DNA from: Amphiscolops sp. MND2022
Lineage: Eukaryota
Reading direction: 5' to 3'
NCBI GenBank assembly: GCA_964187785.1
Contig: OZ076409.1
Span: 63,800,001 to 63,864,000 of the forward strand
DNA: 64,000 nucleotides
Shown here piece by piece: positions 46,685 through 60,300 of the stretch. Under the pieces are notes generated by a model. It was not told where the DNA came from, ran no database searches, and saw nothing but the letters and a program-made list of their open reading frames with translations. The translations under genes were made by a program, and so were the position numbers. Position 1 is the first letter of the stretch. Each line of letters begins with the position of its first letter.

Positions 46685-49600
46685 AAAAGATTTAAATTCC
46701 GAACAGAAACGAGCATCATTTGTTTTCTTTTTCCTTTTTCTTTTTCTTAGTCCCACTGGAGAATAATTTATTGAATATTATAGGGACGTTCAGGCAAAGA
46801 CCCCTTTTGACAAATAAATACAAGGGCTGGTTGGAAAACAACAAGAAGAAAGTGCAAGTACAATCATGGCTATATAACAGAGAAATCAACAAAGTTTACA
46901 GTTTGAAGGTGTACCTATACACATATGTACACTTAAAAGTTAGAAGCGCCATGTGCGGATTCCCCAACAACGGAGGAAGAAGAAGATCGAGAAGCACTTT
47001 TTTCCATTCTCTTCCGTTTACTGTTGCTAGGAGGCTTCAAGGCAAACTCATCTATGGCATAATCCTCTTCTTCACTCCGGACACAGACCTCTTTGGACCT
47101 GCTAATACGGTGCGATAGAAGGACCGCAGTGACTTGAGATTTTAGATATTCCAAAATTAACAACATATGTCCATGGATCGCAAGTAGGGGAAAAGCTGTT
47201 CGACCAAATGAGGCAGAGGGGAGGGAGAACTTTTTTGAATTAGAATCATCACTACAAATTGTCACAGGACCAGCCATGTAGCTTGGGCAAGGCAAGATAA
47301 CGTCAGTGAACCTGCTCTGATGTCCAGTTGTTGTAATAATCCCCACTGTGTCGTCAGGATAGGTGGGACTAGGGGACGTGGAACTCAAACAACAAAACTT
47401 AAACAACTGTATAAGGTGATCGCGAGTCTGGAGGAGATCAAGTCCTAGTAGAAATTCAATCAAATCCTGAGAGGTGCTGGTCACGTCGAAATTTAGGGCC
47501 ATAACGTCCCGCAAGTGATCAAGCAGCTGGGTATACGGATCGCGGCATACGGACTCATTGGCTTCAGTAACCCTAGAACGGAGGCAGAAGGTACAATAAA
47601 GCAGGTCGTCAAGGTGACGAAGTGCCACTTCCATTGGTCTAATAATGACATAGCCATGACAATTCAGACAGTCTCTACAAACTTGACAAAAACAGAAACC
47701 TGAAGTACAAACCCGATTGCGGAAAAAAACCAGATCATTATCGAGCAATCTAAAGATGCAGTAAAGTAGCAATTGAAAATAAAACTCCTTCACGATGAAT
47801 ATTCAGGAAACGTACTGCAACAAGATGCTCGATATCGACACTACGGTAACAATTTGGAGCGATATGTAGTCAAGGAGGTAATCCTGATTAGGCAGTACTT
47901 CGATGAAACAGGGAACGTAAAATACATCCAGATTCTTCTCCCGCAACACTTACTCCAGGAACTGCTTCAATCCCTATACAGGACAGCCCATAGGTACCCT
48001 GGCATATCGAAAATGTTACTGGAGATCAGACAGAGGTGAAACTACTCTAGCATGACTAAACATGTTAAAAGGTGGTTAGAAGGGTATTTGCAATTCGCAA
48101 AGGACAAGCGAGTCCCTAATGCAACAATCACACCTGAACTACTCAATTTGCCGGAATCGGAGCTTGGACCCAAAGATACCATGCAAATCGACCCATTGTC
48201 GCACCTTCCCCCTAGTGGCGGATATGAAAATGTGCTCACTGCGGTTGATGTTTCTTCACGCTATCTTTTCGCGTATCCTCTTACCGACGTACATCAACAA
48301 TCAATGTAGCAAAAGTGATCAATGATATTTTGACCGAACATTCTGATTTACCGACATCACATATCACGGACAGTTGAACTGAATTCACCTCCACAATTAT
48401 TGCGGAAACTGCACAAATTTCGGGTACTACAATATAATATGCCTCCACCAAGCATCAGCAAACGATCGGAAAACTAGAGCGAACTCAAGCTTCACTCAAG
48501 ACAAATCTCAAAATGGTATGTAGGGAATATCGCCGACAATGGCATAAACTTTTACCATTTGCGGTTCTGAATCACAATACCAGCTATCAAGCGAGTATTG
48601 GCTGTGAACCGACACGGGTATTCCATGGACGTATTCCATACAATTACTTGGATCACAAGCTACGGAATAACCCAAACGAGCAAAATTTGTCTACAACTGA
48701 AATTGCAGAAGAACGAAGTTCAAAATTCGACAAAACTCCTCATTGGAGAAACGAAACAAAATTTTATGCAATCCTATCTTAAGTTTAGGGAGTATTTTGA
48801 TCGCAAAGCGAGGGTGGCCCCACTCAAGGTGAACGATTAATGTTTTGTATTACAGCCGAAAGCTGATCACCAAGGGTTGAAAAACTTATTTAGGGTTTAG
48901 CGTTGGGTTGGACGAATTATAGTGCAAAAAATGTTACCCAACGAAAACTCTATCGTACGCCGACTCAAAACAAACAAAACTCAATTTTTTTAAATCGTAT
49001 TTGACTCAAAAAATTGTTCTCAAGCAACCAATCGAAGATGGCTACCGAGAAGAATGATTACACCCGGTTGGGAAAATTATTACTCCGCAAGACGATCTGT
49101 ATAGAATAACGTGTGAAACAAGTTTTGGTGACCAGTTAGAAACGCGAGGCAACGTGCCTGCTCCGACTAACTTGCTGAATGTCAAACAACCGGTTATGCC
49201 GAACGACGAATCAAGTGACGCAAACGAGATTGAAGTTGATTACATAACACGAGACAGTCTGGATGACGTCAACGATCCGGCGCAAAGTCGTAGTAAAAGA
49301 TTAATTGATGACGTTAACAAAAAAATGAAGCTTCTGAATACGTGAGAAATGAAAACTCGGATTGGCCGGATTCGGCCGTTCACCCCAAAAACCAGGTAAA
49401 TCTTTCCCAGATCCGTCCAAAAGACGGGAAAAAGATGCAATAGTTACCGAAGTCAACTCTAATAAACAATAATGCACAAAATTCTCCAAATAGGGGGATG
49501 ATATTGTCGTACCCGAAATATCACAAAACGATGACAGAAATGTGATTCCTAGAGGAGGCAAATATAACCTCAGACCTAACCCAACTCAAACTACTCAGAA

Positions 49601-50576
49601 GTTTTCATATACTAGAAAAGATTTAAATTCCGAACAGAAACGAGCATCATTTGTTTTCTTTTTCCTTTTTCTTTTTCTTAGTCCCACTGGAGAATAATTT
49701 ATTGAATATTATAGGGACGTTCAGGCAAAGACCCCTTTTGACAAATAAATACAAGGGCTGGTTGGAAAACAACAAGAAGAAAGTGCAAGTACAATCATGG
49801 CTATATAACAGAGAAATCAACAAAGTTTACAGTTTGAAGGTGTACCTATACACATATGTACACTTAAAAGTTAGAAGCGCCATGTGCGGATTCCCCAACA
49901 ACGGAGGAAGAAGAAGATCGAGAAGCACTTTTTTCCATTCTCTTCCGTTTACTGTTGCTAGGAGGCTTCAAGGCAAACTCATCTATGGCATAATCCTCTT
50001 CTTCACTCCGGACACAGACCTCTTTGGACCTGCTAATACGGTGCGATAGAAGGACCGCAGTGACTTGAGATTTTAGATATTCCAAAATTAACAACATATG
50101 TCCATGGATCGCAAGTAGGGGAAAAGCTGTTCGACCAAATGAGGCAGAGGGGAGGGAGAACTTTTTTGAATTAGAATCATCACTACAAATTGTCACAGGA
50201 CCAGCCATGTAGCTTGGGCAAGGCAAGATAACGTCAGTGAACCTGCTCTGATGTCCAGTTGTTGTAATAATCCCCACTGTGTCGTCAGGATAGGTGGGAC
50301 TAGGGGACGTGGAACTCAAACAACAAAACTTAAACAACTGTATAAGGTGATCGCGAGTCTGGAGGAGATCAAGTCCTAGTAGAAATTCAATCAAATCCTG
50401 AGAGGTGCTGGTCACGTCGAAATTTAGGGCCATAACGTCCCGCAAGTGATCAAGCAGCTGGGTATACGGATCGCGGCATACGGACTCATTGGCTTCAGTA
50501 ACCCTAGAACGGAGGCAGAAGGTACAATAAAGCAGGTCGTCAAGGTGACGAAGTGCCACTTCCATTGGTCTAATAA
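44716..50576. repeat. Near-identical tandem duplication, 2930-bp unit
   Basis: 44716-47645 matches 47647-50576, with one extra T at the junction. Only isolated substitutions were seen (e.g. LKFKE vs LKFRE). Confidence 0.95.
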
Positions 50577-53500
50577 ACATAATGAAAGGGTCAAATGCAG
50601 CCAGTTCCCTGATGGTTTCCGCACTGAACCGGGTTTGGCGAATGATGCAGACCTCTATGATGAGGTATTGTATGTAATGGAGGGCGCTATCAACAAATTT
50701 TGTTTTAACGTTCGAATTTGTCTTTTGGATAGCTGCACGTTCCTGAAATGCAGTCCTTCAGCCTTGGCTTTGCTGGCAGCGGTTACCTTGTTGGGGAGTT
50801 TGAAACGTATGAGGAATTGCTCCGCGGACATGAAGGTTCTTTCACTGGTGTGGATTTTCAGAAGCATGAACCAGGCATTCTTCAATGGCGCAGTGTCTGG
50901 GGGGTAACAGCGAGAGCACAACTGGTAGAGGAACCGGCTCATTTCCCCACAAAGGAAAAGAAGAGGCATCTCCCTTGTATTGGAGGTTTACAGTAAAGCT
51001 GGGCACATCTGCAAATACAAAACTTTATCCAGAACAGACCAAGAGGCAGACTTCACGTGCCATCCTAGAAATTCCAACAGTCGTTGACGATCTTGTAGAA
51101 GAATTCTAGTTTCACGACAAAGAACTTGTCGCAATTCAGGGTCCATTCGAAGCTTTGCACTCGGAACAGTAAACCCCAAGTTTGAGATCTATAGATTGCT
51201 TTTAGGACCGATGAACGTCATGACACTTGTTCAATCCTTCCTGTCTGGATGCATGGATTGTTAGATAAAATGTCACGGATTTCCAGTCGGCAAAAAGTTC
51301 TCGACACAGGGAGGTTCAGAATGTCGAGCTTGCAGGATGAGATGGCCTGAACAGAAAACTACGCAAAACCTTTGTTGTTCCAGCTCTTACTTACCCCCTT
51401 TTTTCCCTTTCAGTACTAGTCCATAAGTATATGCTAGAGGATTTCCTTACCATTGAAACCTCAGGACTACGTAGTGCCCAATCTTCTCTGAGGGAGTTGC
51501 CCAAGGACACCATTAGCGCCTGCAGTACTGAGAAAAAGTCTAGATGCCCAGAAACGATGTAACTAGATATGTGCATGAGCCAAGAAAGGGATAGTTTCTC
51601 GAATCGGAAGCAACTCTGCACTCCTCGCGTGAAGAACACTGAGCTGTCAATGGTGCAAACTAAATCAGCACGGCATCCAGAAACAGGCTACAATCTCGGA
51701 TTGGGAGGACACACCGGAGAGGAGTTGGGACAGGGACCCTAGCTCTCCAGCCAGATCAAAGGGAGAGAACTTCGCAAATGAACACAAGACAGAGATCTCA
51801 TCCTTTTCAGAATTTAGCAGACATGTACCGATAGATTCCGTTGTCCTCGAACTCTACCGCAAAGTACTGTTGAGCTTTTATCTGCTCAGCGATGGCGCTC
51901 ATGGCACAGTTGAAGAAGTGTTGGAAAATGGCCTGGAAAGGACAACTGGAATTGCCAAAATTTGTCTAACTTGTGAAAGCTTTTCTTTTGAAACAATACC
52001 AACAGCTACACGTTTTCCCCCCAGTCAAAGTCGCAAATTGTTGCTTGGTGGTTAGTGAAGGAGCCCACTCGTGATCACAAGTTCATCAGGACTGAAAAAT
52101 TTTCGTTAGTCTTAATTAAATTCCCGATCAGGCATAGTTGTGCCCGTGTTCGGGATTCGGTAGTGACGATAGCAGTTGTTGTTCCCATAATGGAATCTTC
52201 ATTGAACGGGAAAATTTCCCAGACGTTTAACCAGGTCCACATGAATGAACTTGGGTAGTTCTTTAGCCAGCTCTATTTTGGCAAAGATTTTTCCATTACG
52301 CCCCCGGACACGATGCTGGGCTTTCCCGCTGACTGTGTCAATGCTCTTCAAAGGTTCGTATCGCAACCTTTGGTCACGTCTCAGGTGCTTCTCTGTGTGG
52401 TGGTTTCGAATAGTCTCTTATGCCCCTTTTGTTTTCTTTGGTAAAATTCTCTTTACACATATGGCACCACGCCATATGGGGATTGTGAATTGGATCCGCA
52501 GGGCCAGTTACGAACCACCGGGTACAGCCAAGTTTTGCAAAGAATTCTTCGCCCATAGGTACCCCTCTTTGAGATGGCCGTCTGGTCTTCTTCTGTCTCT
52601 TGGACATTGAGGGTCCTCGGCCCTTGGCAACTGTCGCTTCTTCTTCAAGTTGCAGAAGAGTGGTGTCTTGACTGCTAAACTCTGTAGCCTCTCCTTCTTT
52701 TGCCTCTCCTTCTTTTTACCATAAAATGAGGAGCTGTCCACATCTCCGGAACCTTCAGTCCCAACCTCGGTGGGTACATCGCTGTCTAACTCAGGGAAGC
52801 TTGAATCTCTATGGCCCCTTGGCGCAGGTGTTTGAGATCGGTCTCTAGAGTGGAACTGGGTTGTTCTAGATGGGGCAGTAGTGGGAGTCCCCTTAACAGC
52901 ATCAATGACCATCCCTTCCATGGTAGAGTACGACATTCTGATGGTCTCATCTGTCAGAACTCATACCAGGTTATACAATTCGGATTCTGTAAAGGCAACA
53001 GTGTGGTGCCCGAGGGAAAATCTAAAAGTATCCGTTTATTCAAAGTATCTTTTGAGAAGCGCCTTCTTTGGCCAGATAGATGAAGGAGGTTGTCTACTTC
53101 TGTGGTAATTATTCGGCCAGCAGTCCTTCCAGATCCACGTTGTTGGGCTCCAAATCCTGACTCATTACCCCCATCAGTTCTTGACTCCAAATCTACAGGA
53201 TTGCGGCCATAGAGTTCAGAGCAGTCTATTAGAAAGGTCTTTTTTGAACTTTACCCTTCACCCTGACTAGGAAGGAAACGTACATTGGGTTTTTCAACTG
53301 GTAGCGATGGGGCATCACATACGGAGGAGACGTTGTCTTCATCAGTCTGCATCGGAGCATGAACTGCACTTTCCAGGTTCAAACCAACTGTGGTTAGGAG
53401 TTTGGGTAGTTACGACTCTGTGTCTATAGCTACTTTAAGGGCAAACTTTAGGGCAGGCAGGTTGTCATCAGCATCTTCGTTACCGCCAGGCAAAATGGGA

Positions 53501-53862
53501 GTGCTGGATCCTCTGATTTCTAGGTTGCTGGCTACCTCAGTGGGATTCCCGAGTCCTTGGATTTCATCAGAACTCTCATCGACTGGCTGATGAACACTTG
53601 TTGAGACAGCTGCTTGGGTATGCTCCATTCTTTGTACGACGGCGTCGGCATAAGCTGTCACGGAATGCTCACTATCTTGGCTATATGGGGAGAAAGCGGA
53701 CAGAAGCTGGTGCTGGCCCTCATTGGCAGAAGTTTTTGTTTCAACGGGGTTGTCAATTCGGGACGTGGTTGGTAGAATAGTATTCTCGGCTGATTGATTC
53801 TCAAAACAAAACGGAATGAATTTTAGCGGTGTGCTTCCTAGAAAGAAATCCATTTTCCTCAT
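49864..53862 (-). pseudogene. Antisense, intron-containing zinc-finger / hAT-transposase-like pseudogene inside the Gypsy locus
   Basis: Long low-complexity N-terminus. WCHMCKENF..KTKGA.ETIRNHHTEKH finger at ~52470-52380, read across a frameshift and a stop. AEQIKAQQYFAVEFED segment. C-terminal DLIEFLL..LLQTRDHLIQLFKFCCL. Candidate GT..AG introns at 51999-51933 and 51394-51347. Confidence 0.55.
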
Positions 53863-55129
53863 TTGAAACCTCCTGGAAGTGCTTATTGTACTTAAAATGG
53901 AATGTCTTAGCACCTGTTTTGTGATGGAAACAGAAAGCGACAGTGAACAAATTTTAGTCCTGATCAAATTCAAAATGTTCAAAAGAAAACATGAAAGTCC
54001 AAAACAACCTGAATCCGGCATCCTTGTAGTGGTGAATGAATATCGGAGAGTTATCCAGTTGGAAAAAACCAAGCTAAGGGGAATGACCGGATTCGGTTGA
54101 AAAGATAAAGGGAAGATGCTGGATAAATCCAGAGATTATGGAGTCACCAACAAGAGTTGACGACAGGTGACGTAAATGCAACACCATTAAATAGGAATGC
54201 GATTAACAAAATTGCAAATATAAAGATTATAATTGGAATTGGAATGTAACAATTGATAATAGACGAAGTTGCAGTTCGTGGTTGAAGAAAATTACCAGAC
54301 TAATATTTCGTGGACATTTACAATTTTTGAAAAGTATATGGAGTCTGCCAGCGAAATGTACAAGTATATCCTCATTAATTACAAATTGGTAAGTTAGGGC
54401 CGGTTACGGCCATCTAACCGTGTTCCGTTTATCGTTTTGTTCCCTTTACCGTTGTTGCTTATTAGTTAGATTTTTCGTCATTTTGGAAAACTTCGAGTTC
54501 TATTTTGCCATTTAATTGTTCATTTTTCATTTTATCGATAAATGATTCTGATTGATCTGAGTCATTTCGAGAAAGTTATGCGACGCGTGTCGGTAATTGC
54601 CCTCAAGCGACCTGTTAATTACCCTCTTGAGTCAAAGTTATTTGACAATAAAACTCGATAGCTCCCTACACCCCACTTGAAGTAGGTGTTGATAGCGGAT
54701 ATTTAATTGATAATCAATGGAGGCCAACAATGGATGTATATTCCATTCCGAAAGTTTAGGCAAACTCAGAGCAATTTACTAAGCGGTAAATCGCCAAAAC
54801 AAAATTGTCGGGAAAAGGCCTGATTTGGCATGCTTCAGAAATTTCAGCAGCTTTATTCTGTCCAAAAATTTTTTCCAACGTAGTCGCTCATTGAAGTTTC
54901 AAAATATTCAAAGAAAAACATAATGCAAAGTTACAACTTGTCCAAACGACTCTCCGACGCGGATGACTTGGACTCCGATCTACCTGGTGAGTTCGTAATT
55001 TACATCTCAAGAGATCAGAGCGGAGAAGTGTCTGATGAGTGGGAATCCTACTGTTCAACGGACAATGAACAATTGATCAAGCGAATTGAGAGGGAAGATT
55101 GCGCAAGCCCCATTATGATTGTTTACGTG

Positions 55130-56031
55130 CTTAAGTATGTAGTTAGAAGTGTTGATACATTTTTCTAATACCGTTGTTTTTTTGAAAACTTTGGAATTTG
55201 TTGATGTCCCTACTTAGCTGATGTATTTTCTTTTAGGCCCGATTAGGCTAAATTCCTAACGTGTTTTGATAGTGTTCACTTCGCCGTTAGTATCTAGTGT
55301 TAATAACAGTTACTCAACTAGGTCATGTGCTCTCTATGGAACTTGTTTAAAATCATACGTAATTCTGTCTGATGAAACACAATCGGAATGTTGTTTTATC
55401 TACACAGTTATGTAAAAAATGTGAAGGTCACCCTCTCAGGAGTATATATATACCCCAACCTCTCCCGAAAGAAACACAATTTGTTCAGTCCTACTACCAT
55501 TCACACGCTTTGAAAAATCCAAACCTGATTTCGTAATGAAATATTACAATCAGCTAGAAAATGTAGGTGAACAGAAATGTTATTAGACATAAAAAATCTA
55601 GATATTACGTTGAGAGGCAATCACCTAGACTCCATTAGGAGACCTGATAGTCCAAGTAAAATTGCCAAATTTGGCCCTATCTCAGCTGGTACAAAGTCTA
55701 GTGCTGAGTTTGACAGATTATCAGGCGAGCTCAATTTAAGGATCCCTTAAATTCCCTGATTCCCTCGAGGGAAATGGATGAAGTGATGAACAGTGTCAGT
55801 GTTCAAATCCAAAGGGTTATTAATGATGCAAAAAGCAATCAAGTTTTTGCCCCAAAACCAAAACGCCCTCAGAGTCGGTTCAGGACAGATGACACAGAAA
55901 AGGTGAAACGCCTCGCCGAGAGACCGGAACGGAACTCCGAAGATACTCCTAGTCAGAAAATTAGGAGTAGTTAAAGGAGTGAAACTTTCCGTAATCGTCT
56001 CAATGACGAAAATCGGATGGTACTCACGACA
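55130..56031 (+). repeat. 3' LTR-like copy (alignable part)
   Basis: gtagttagaagtgttgataca...tactcacgaca is collinear with 39368-40373, with indels. It is not followed by TGG. Confidence 0.75.
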
Positions 56032-56581
56032 ATTATCTATTGCATTGTGTCACCAGATCGATTTGCCGTCAGGAATCCAGATGATGTTTCCGCTTAGTTC
56101 CTCAGTTTACTGTATGCTAAAAATGTTATTCATCAAGAACACGCTACTTTATCAGGTTTCTCGGTTGTTTCGTGACAGGTAAAAATTAATGTAAGCAGAT
56201 AATCTATGCTTGTAATCACTGTTTTTCAGATAATCTGTAATCAATTTGATGTTCACGAAGACGGGAAGTGCTCACTAGCGCTTTGGTTCCGAAGTGTATG
56301 TGCTGGGCGCAAGTTCTCTCGAGAAAGCTGTGAAATCGCTACACTACAAAGAAAACAAATAAGAAGAGCTTACAATTTGTGTGTTACAGCTATCCCAGGT
56401 TTGAGTTTCAATCCTTTTACGCGCAACCCTCTTGATTATTTAGGCAATTTTCGGGAGAACGGATTCCTGGCGAAACAACGTGACCTGGTGTTGTGCCATG
56501 ATTTATTTAATAACTCTGTGTCCGAATATTGGAAACATCGAACACCAACACTACCTATTGGAGAATTTGTCGCAAAACTGA

Positions 56582-56920
56582 TCAAGTCGGGAACCTCTCA
56601 AGTAGACGCAAAAAGTTAGGTTCAAATGAAATAAAAAAATTGAAGGGACACTTTCGGGACAAAAAAATTTAAGAAAAAGTTGCACTGTGCCGAAAAAAAT
56701 CAAAACCGGAGCCTATTAAGCGCGTCCGGTTTCGTAGGTTACGTTTAAAAGATAGAAAACCACAGGGGGCCCTTTAGAATAACTTAGATGCGTTTCCGTG
56801 CTATTCGTTTGGGTTCATTTAGTTAAACGTTAACGTTCGTCGCTCTGAGTCTATGTTTAGAAAAAACACGAGTGACTGTGATAGTCGGGCTCTTTTTTTG
56901 AAAAACGCCCTGACTAAAAA
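56582..56920 (-). mobile_element. Helentron-like repeat (HINE family)
   Basis: Reverse complement of the 5' part of 2201-2686 (gagcccgactat.acagtcactcg, gcgacgaacgttaacgtt); ends gactaaaaa. Confidence 0.65.
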
Positions 56921-57339
56921 TACCAGCAAAGAATCAAAGCAATTGTTTACTGCCGCAGATTTCGCGCTCCCTATAATTACAAACAGCTTAAGACCAGCCG
57001 CATTTCAGTGATCAGTGTCAGAAAAAGTTTGGTCTCAAAACGAAACGCAACAAAGCGACGACGAGCTGCAAATACGCTATTCTGCTATCCATCAACCACG
57101 ACATCTAGAGTTGAAGTCTCTAGACATAGTGCTCAGAAACGCATATAACCTACATGTTTTGACTAAAAGCACACATACGGTAAAGAACCGGCTGTCTCAG
57201 AAAAAGCAAAGATCAAAGCAGAATTCTAAGCAGGTTAGTTACCTTTTTGTGCTAGGTCAGTATGTCGGACATGATGTTGAGGTCAAAAAACCAGTTAAAA
57301 CTACAAAAGTACACTGAAGATTGTCAAGAGTACCTCTCA

Positions 57340-60300
57340 AGTTTCATCAACAACTGCTATGGCCAACACGAAGAGTGTTGACATGACAGATCTTGCGCAA
57401 ACTCTTCTTCCCATGCTGGGCCAAAGCATACAAGACGCAATAACAACCAATATCAATGATGAATTTAAAAAAGTCAATGAATGCAGCACAGCTAACCTGA
57501 ATAAAATCAATGATAAACTGAGCCTAATTGGTGACCGCCATGAACGAATTGAGTCAGAATTTGCAGCAACACACTTACGTTCTTGCATGCCGAGCAGAAT
57601 AACATCAGTGAAAAAGCGGTGACTTTCGAAAGAACTTTGAACGAGAAAAAAGAATGTGTATCGCACGTAAATTCCAAGATATTTCCTGCTCTGACATTTC
57701 ATTAGGTCACCGATAGAGTACCAGAAACAGACGGAGGGATGAACCAAGACCCCATAATTCGAAGTTTACCAGACGAACAGTGAGATACCAGGTTCTAGCA
57801 TCGAAAGAAAGACTCAAAAACTCGGACAATCTTTATAACGTAATCGTTCAGGAGCAGTTGACAAGAGCGAGAGCCAGAGCCCTAAACAAGTTGAAAGAAG
57901 AAAACTTCCGGGTTACAACTAACGAGTGCCGTCTGGAGCAAAACCAGAGGATTATAAAATTTTTGGCAGAATTGCTGTCCAATGAAAGCTTTTGAAAAAT
58001 AGCAATATAAGTCTGCAAATATCGAATTGAACCGAAGTTTTCCGTTCAGTGTAAACATTAAAAATCTTTTTGTTGAACGTAAGGGGTATAGTCAGCAAAA
58101 TTAATTTGATAGAAACCCAAAAAGTGGTCAGAGCAAACAATAATATTGGGCTCACAGAAACACTATCAGACGCTTTCGAGGCCAACAAATTTCCGGACCA
58201 CAATAAGTTTACAGGTTTGAATAAGTTGAACTTCTTGGCTATAAGGGTCTTGTTTTTTCGTTAGAAAATCGTTGAAACACGTGGAACGAAACGAATTCAG
58301 GTCTTTGGCTAAACATAAAAATTGACTACATTGACTATTCTATTGGACTGTATTATGTCCCCTGTGGAAGCTCGAGGCGCTGGAATGGTAATCATTCCAA
58401 GGATATTCAGGACGATATACTTGTATACAAAGGACGAAGTCGTACAGTTTTTACAATGGGAGACTTTAATGCACGTACTGGAAATTTGAAAGAACCAGAA
58501 AGTGAACCGAAACAAAATAAATATAATAAAGTTAACACAAACGAATAATTGTTTACTGATTTTTTAGAGCTACTGGAATCTTGATAGTAAATGGAAGAAT
58601 AGGTTCTTTTAGTGGCCGTTTTACATGCATAAAGCAAAACGGAAAACTTATTATCCACTATTTTCTTGCCGAATACACCGTATTCGACTCCATTTTTAGT
58701 TTTTTCGTCATTGACTTTCAACCCTGTCTTTCGGACGTGCAATGCCCATAGGTGGAACTATCGAATGGCGAAAGCGTGTGGAACGCTTCACACGTAGTGA
58801 AAAATGTTCGTGTAAAACGAGTAGGGAACGAGAATAAGAAAATCCTGCTTCACGATGAATTATGTTAAAGAGAATTATCCAAATATGATTCCGTAATTGA
58901 AAATGAAGGGAGTGCTTTATCGGCAGTCAATGAAAGTCTTGCAGTTAGGCGAACTGCTATGAGATACTTCTAAGACAGGAGGGTGTTTCCAAGTGCAAAG
59001 TTAGCAAACGTTTGAGTCACGCAATAGGTGGTTCGATGATGAATGTCAGATTCAACGTTCAATATACCGGAGCAAAACTAGGCCAAGCTGATAGGACGGG
59101 TGGTCTGCTGGAAAAAAACCTCCAAGGAGTTTAATTTTTTTGCAACAAAAAAGAATGTAGTGGGAAGCTGAAATGAAAATTTATCTGAAGACAAAATACA
59201 ACAATTCTAAGGAATACTGGTCTTTCTTCAAAAGTCTAGTGCGAACTGAAGTTAAAACACTCATCAAAAAATCAGTTTCCTTCGAACATTTCAAAAACCT
59301 GAACAATGCCTCGAATGCATTATAGTTGAACTCTGTTACAGGTGCTGACCCAACTAATAAAAATAATGATGACATAAAGAGAGTTTTTACAGAGCTGGAG
59401 GTGCAAAATTGTTTGAGGAAAATTAGGAACAGTAAATCAAGTGGTCTCGACAGTGTGTTCTCGGAGTTTCTCAAATACGTTCCCGGCTCACTGACGAAAT
59501 AGAAAACCCGCTCTTTCGACACAATTTTAGACACTGGCTAAGTGCCTGATGAATGGCAGTTTCTGTTTATCAGCCGATATACAAAAAGGGTGATAAATGT
59601 AACCCTAATAATTATACAGGTACATCTCTGGCTAGCTGCCTGTTTAAATTTTCATTGCAATACTGGCACAGCGAATCGAAGCGAACGCCGAAAAGCGAGA
59701 CGTTTTAGACAAAGAACAAGCTGAGTTTAGGGAAAATATGGGCTGTATCGATCAAGCTTTCATCCTATCGCCTTTGACCGCGTTGATCATGGATTGCTCT
59801 GGCAGGAACTAGAAAAACTCAAAATAAACAGAAGGGTGTTGTGATGGTACGGAATATCTTTGACTAAACAAAAGCCTATGTGAGGGTCAATGGCGAAATT
59901 ACGGAAATGTTTGACTGCTGTATAGGCATGGGACAAAGAGACTCGTTATTTTCCACTTCTGTTCATAATTTTTCTAAACAACTTCGACATTCTGCTGCAG
60001 AGTAGTTGCGAGGGAGTATCTTTGTACCCAAATGATGCACTCGATCCCTCGGTAGATAATGACCTGAAAGATTTTTCAAAACTGCATACCCTTTTATAAG
60101 CAGATGATACAGTTGTTTTGAGTGAATCAGAGTCCGACATGCAAAGGGCTCTGGATATAACTCATAAACACTGATTGAGAAATATTATGACTATCAACGC
60201 ATTCAAAACAAATTTGTGATCTGTTCTCGTGGCAAGATGAGAAACACGTCGACGTTTGTCGTGAATGGTAATGAATTGAACATGTGGACACTTTCTCCTT

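Larger units (their letters stand above)
38655..56031 (+). mobile_element. Decayed Ty3/Gypsy LTR retrotransposon locus (with internal 2.9-kb duplication and antisense cargo gene)
   Basis: TGTCG start at 38655. Direct repeats ~39360-40373 and ~55130-56031 both end TACTCACGACA. The first is followed by PBS-like TGGTGACAGG. Flanks ATAAT/ATTAT match at 4 of 5. Domain order gag-PR-RT-RH-INT. Confidence 0.75.

Noticed and set aside
46933..47793. 286-aa ORF, the longest in the track
   Set aside because: Chimera across the duplication junction: antisense integrase sequence joined to the C-terminus of the cargo gene.
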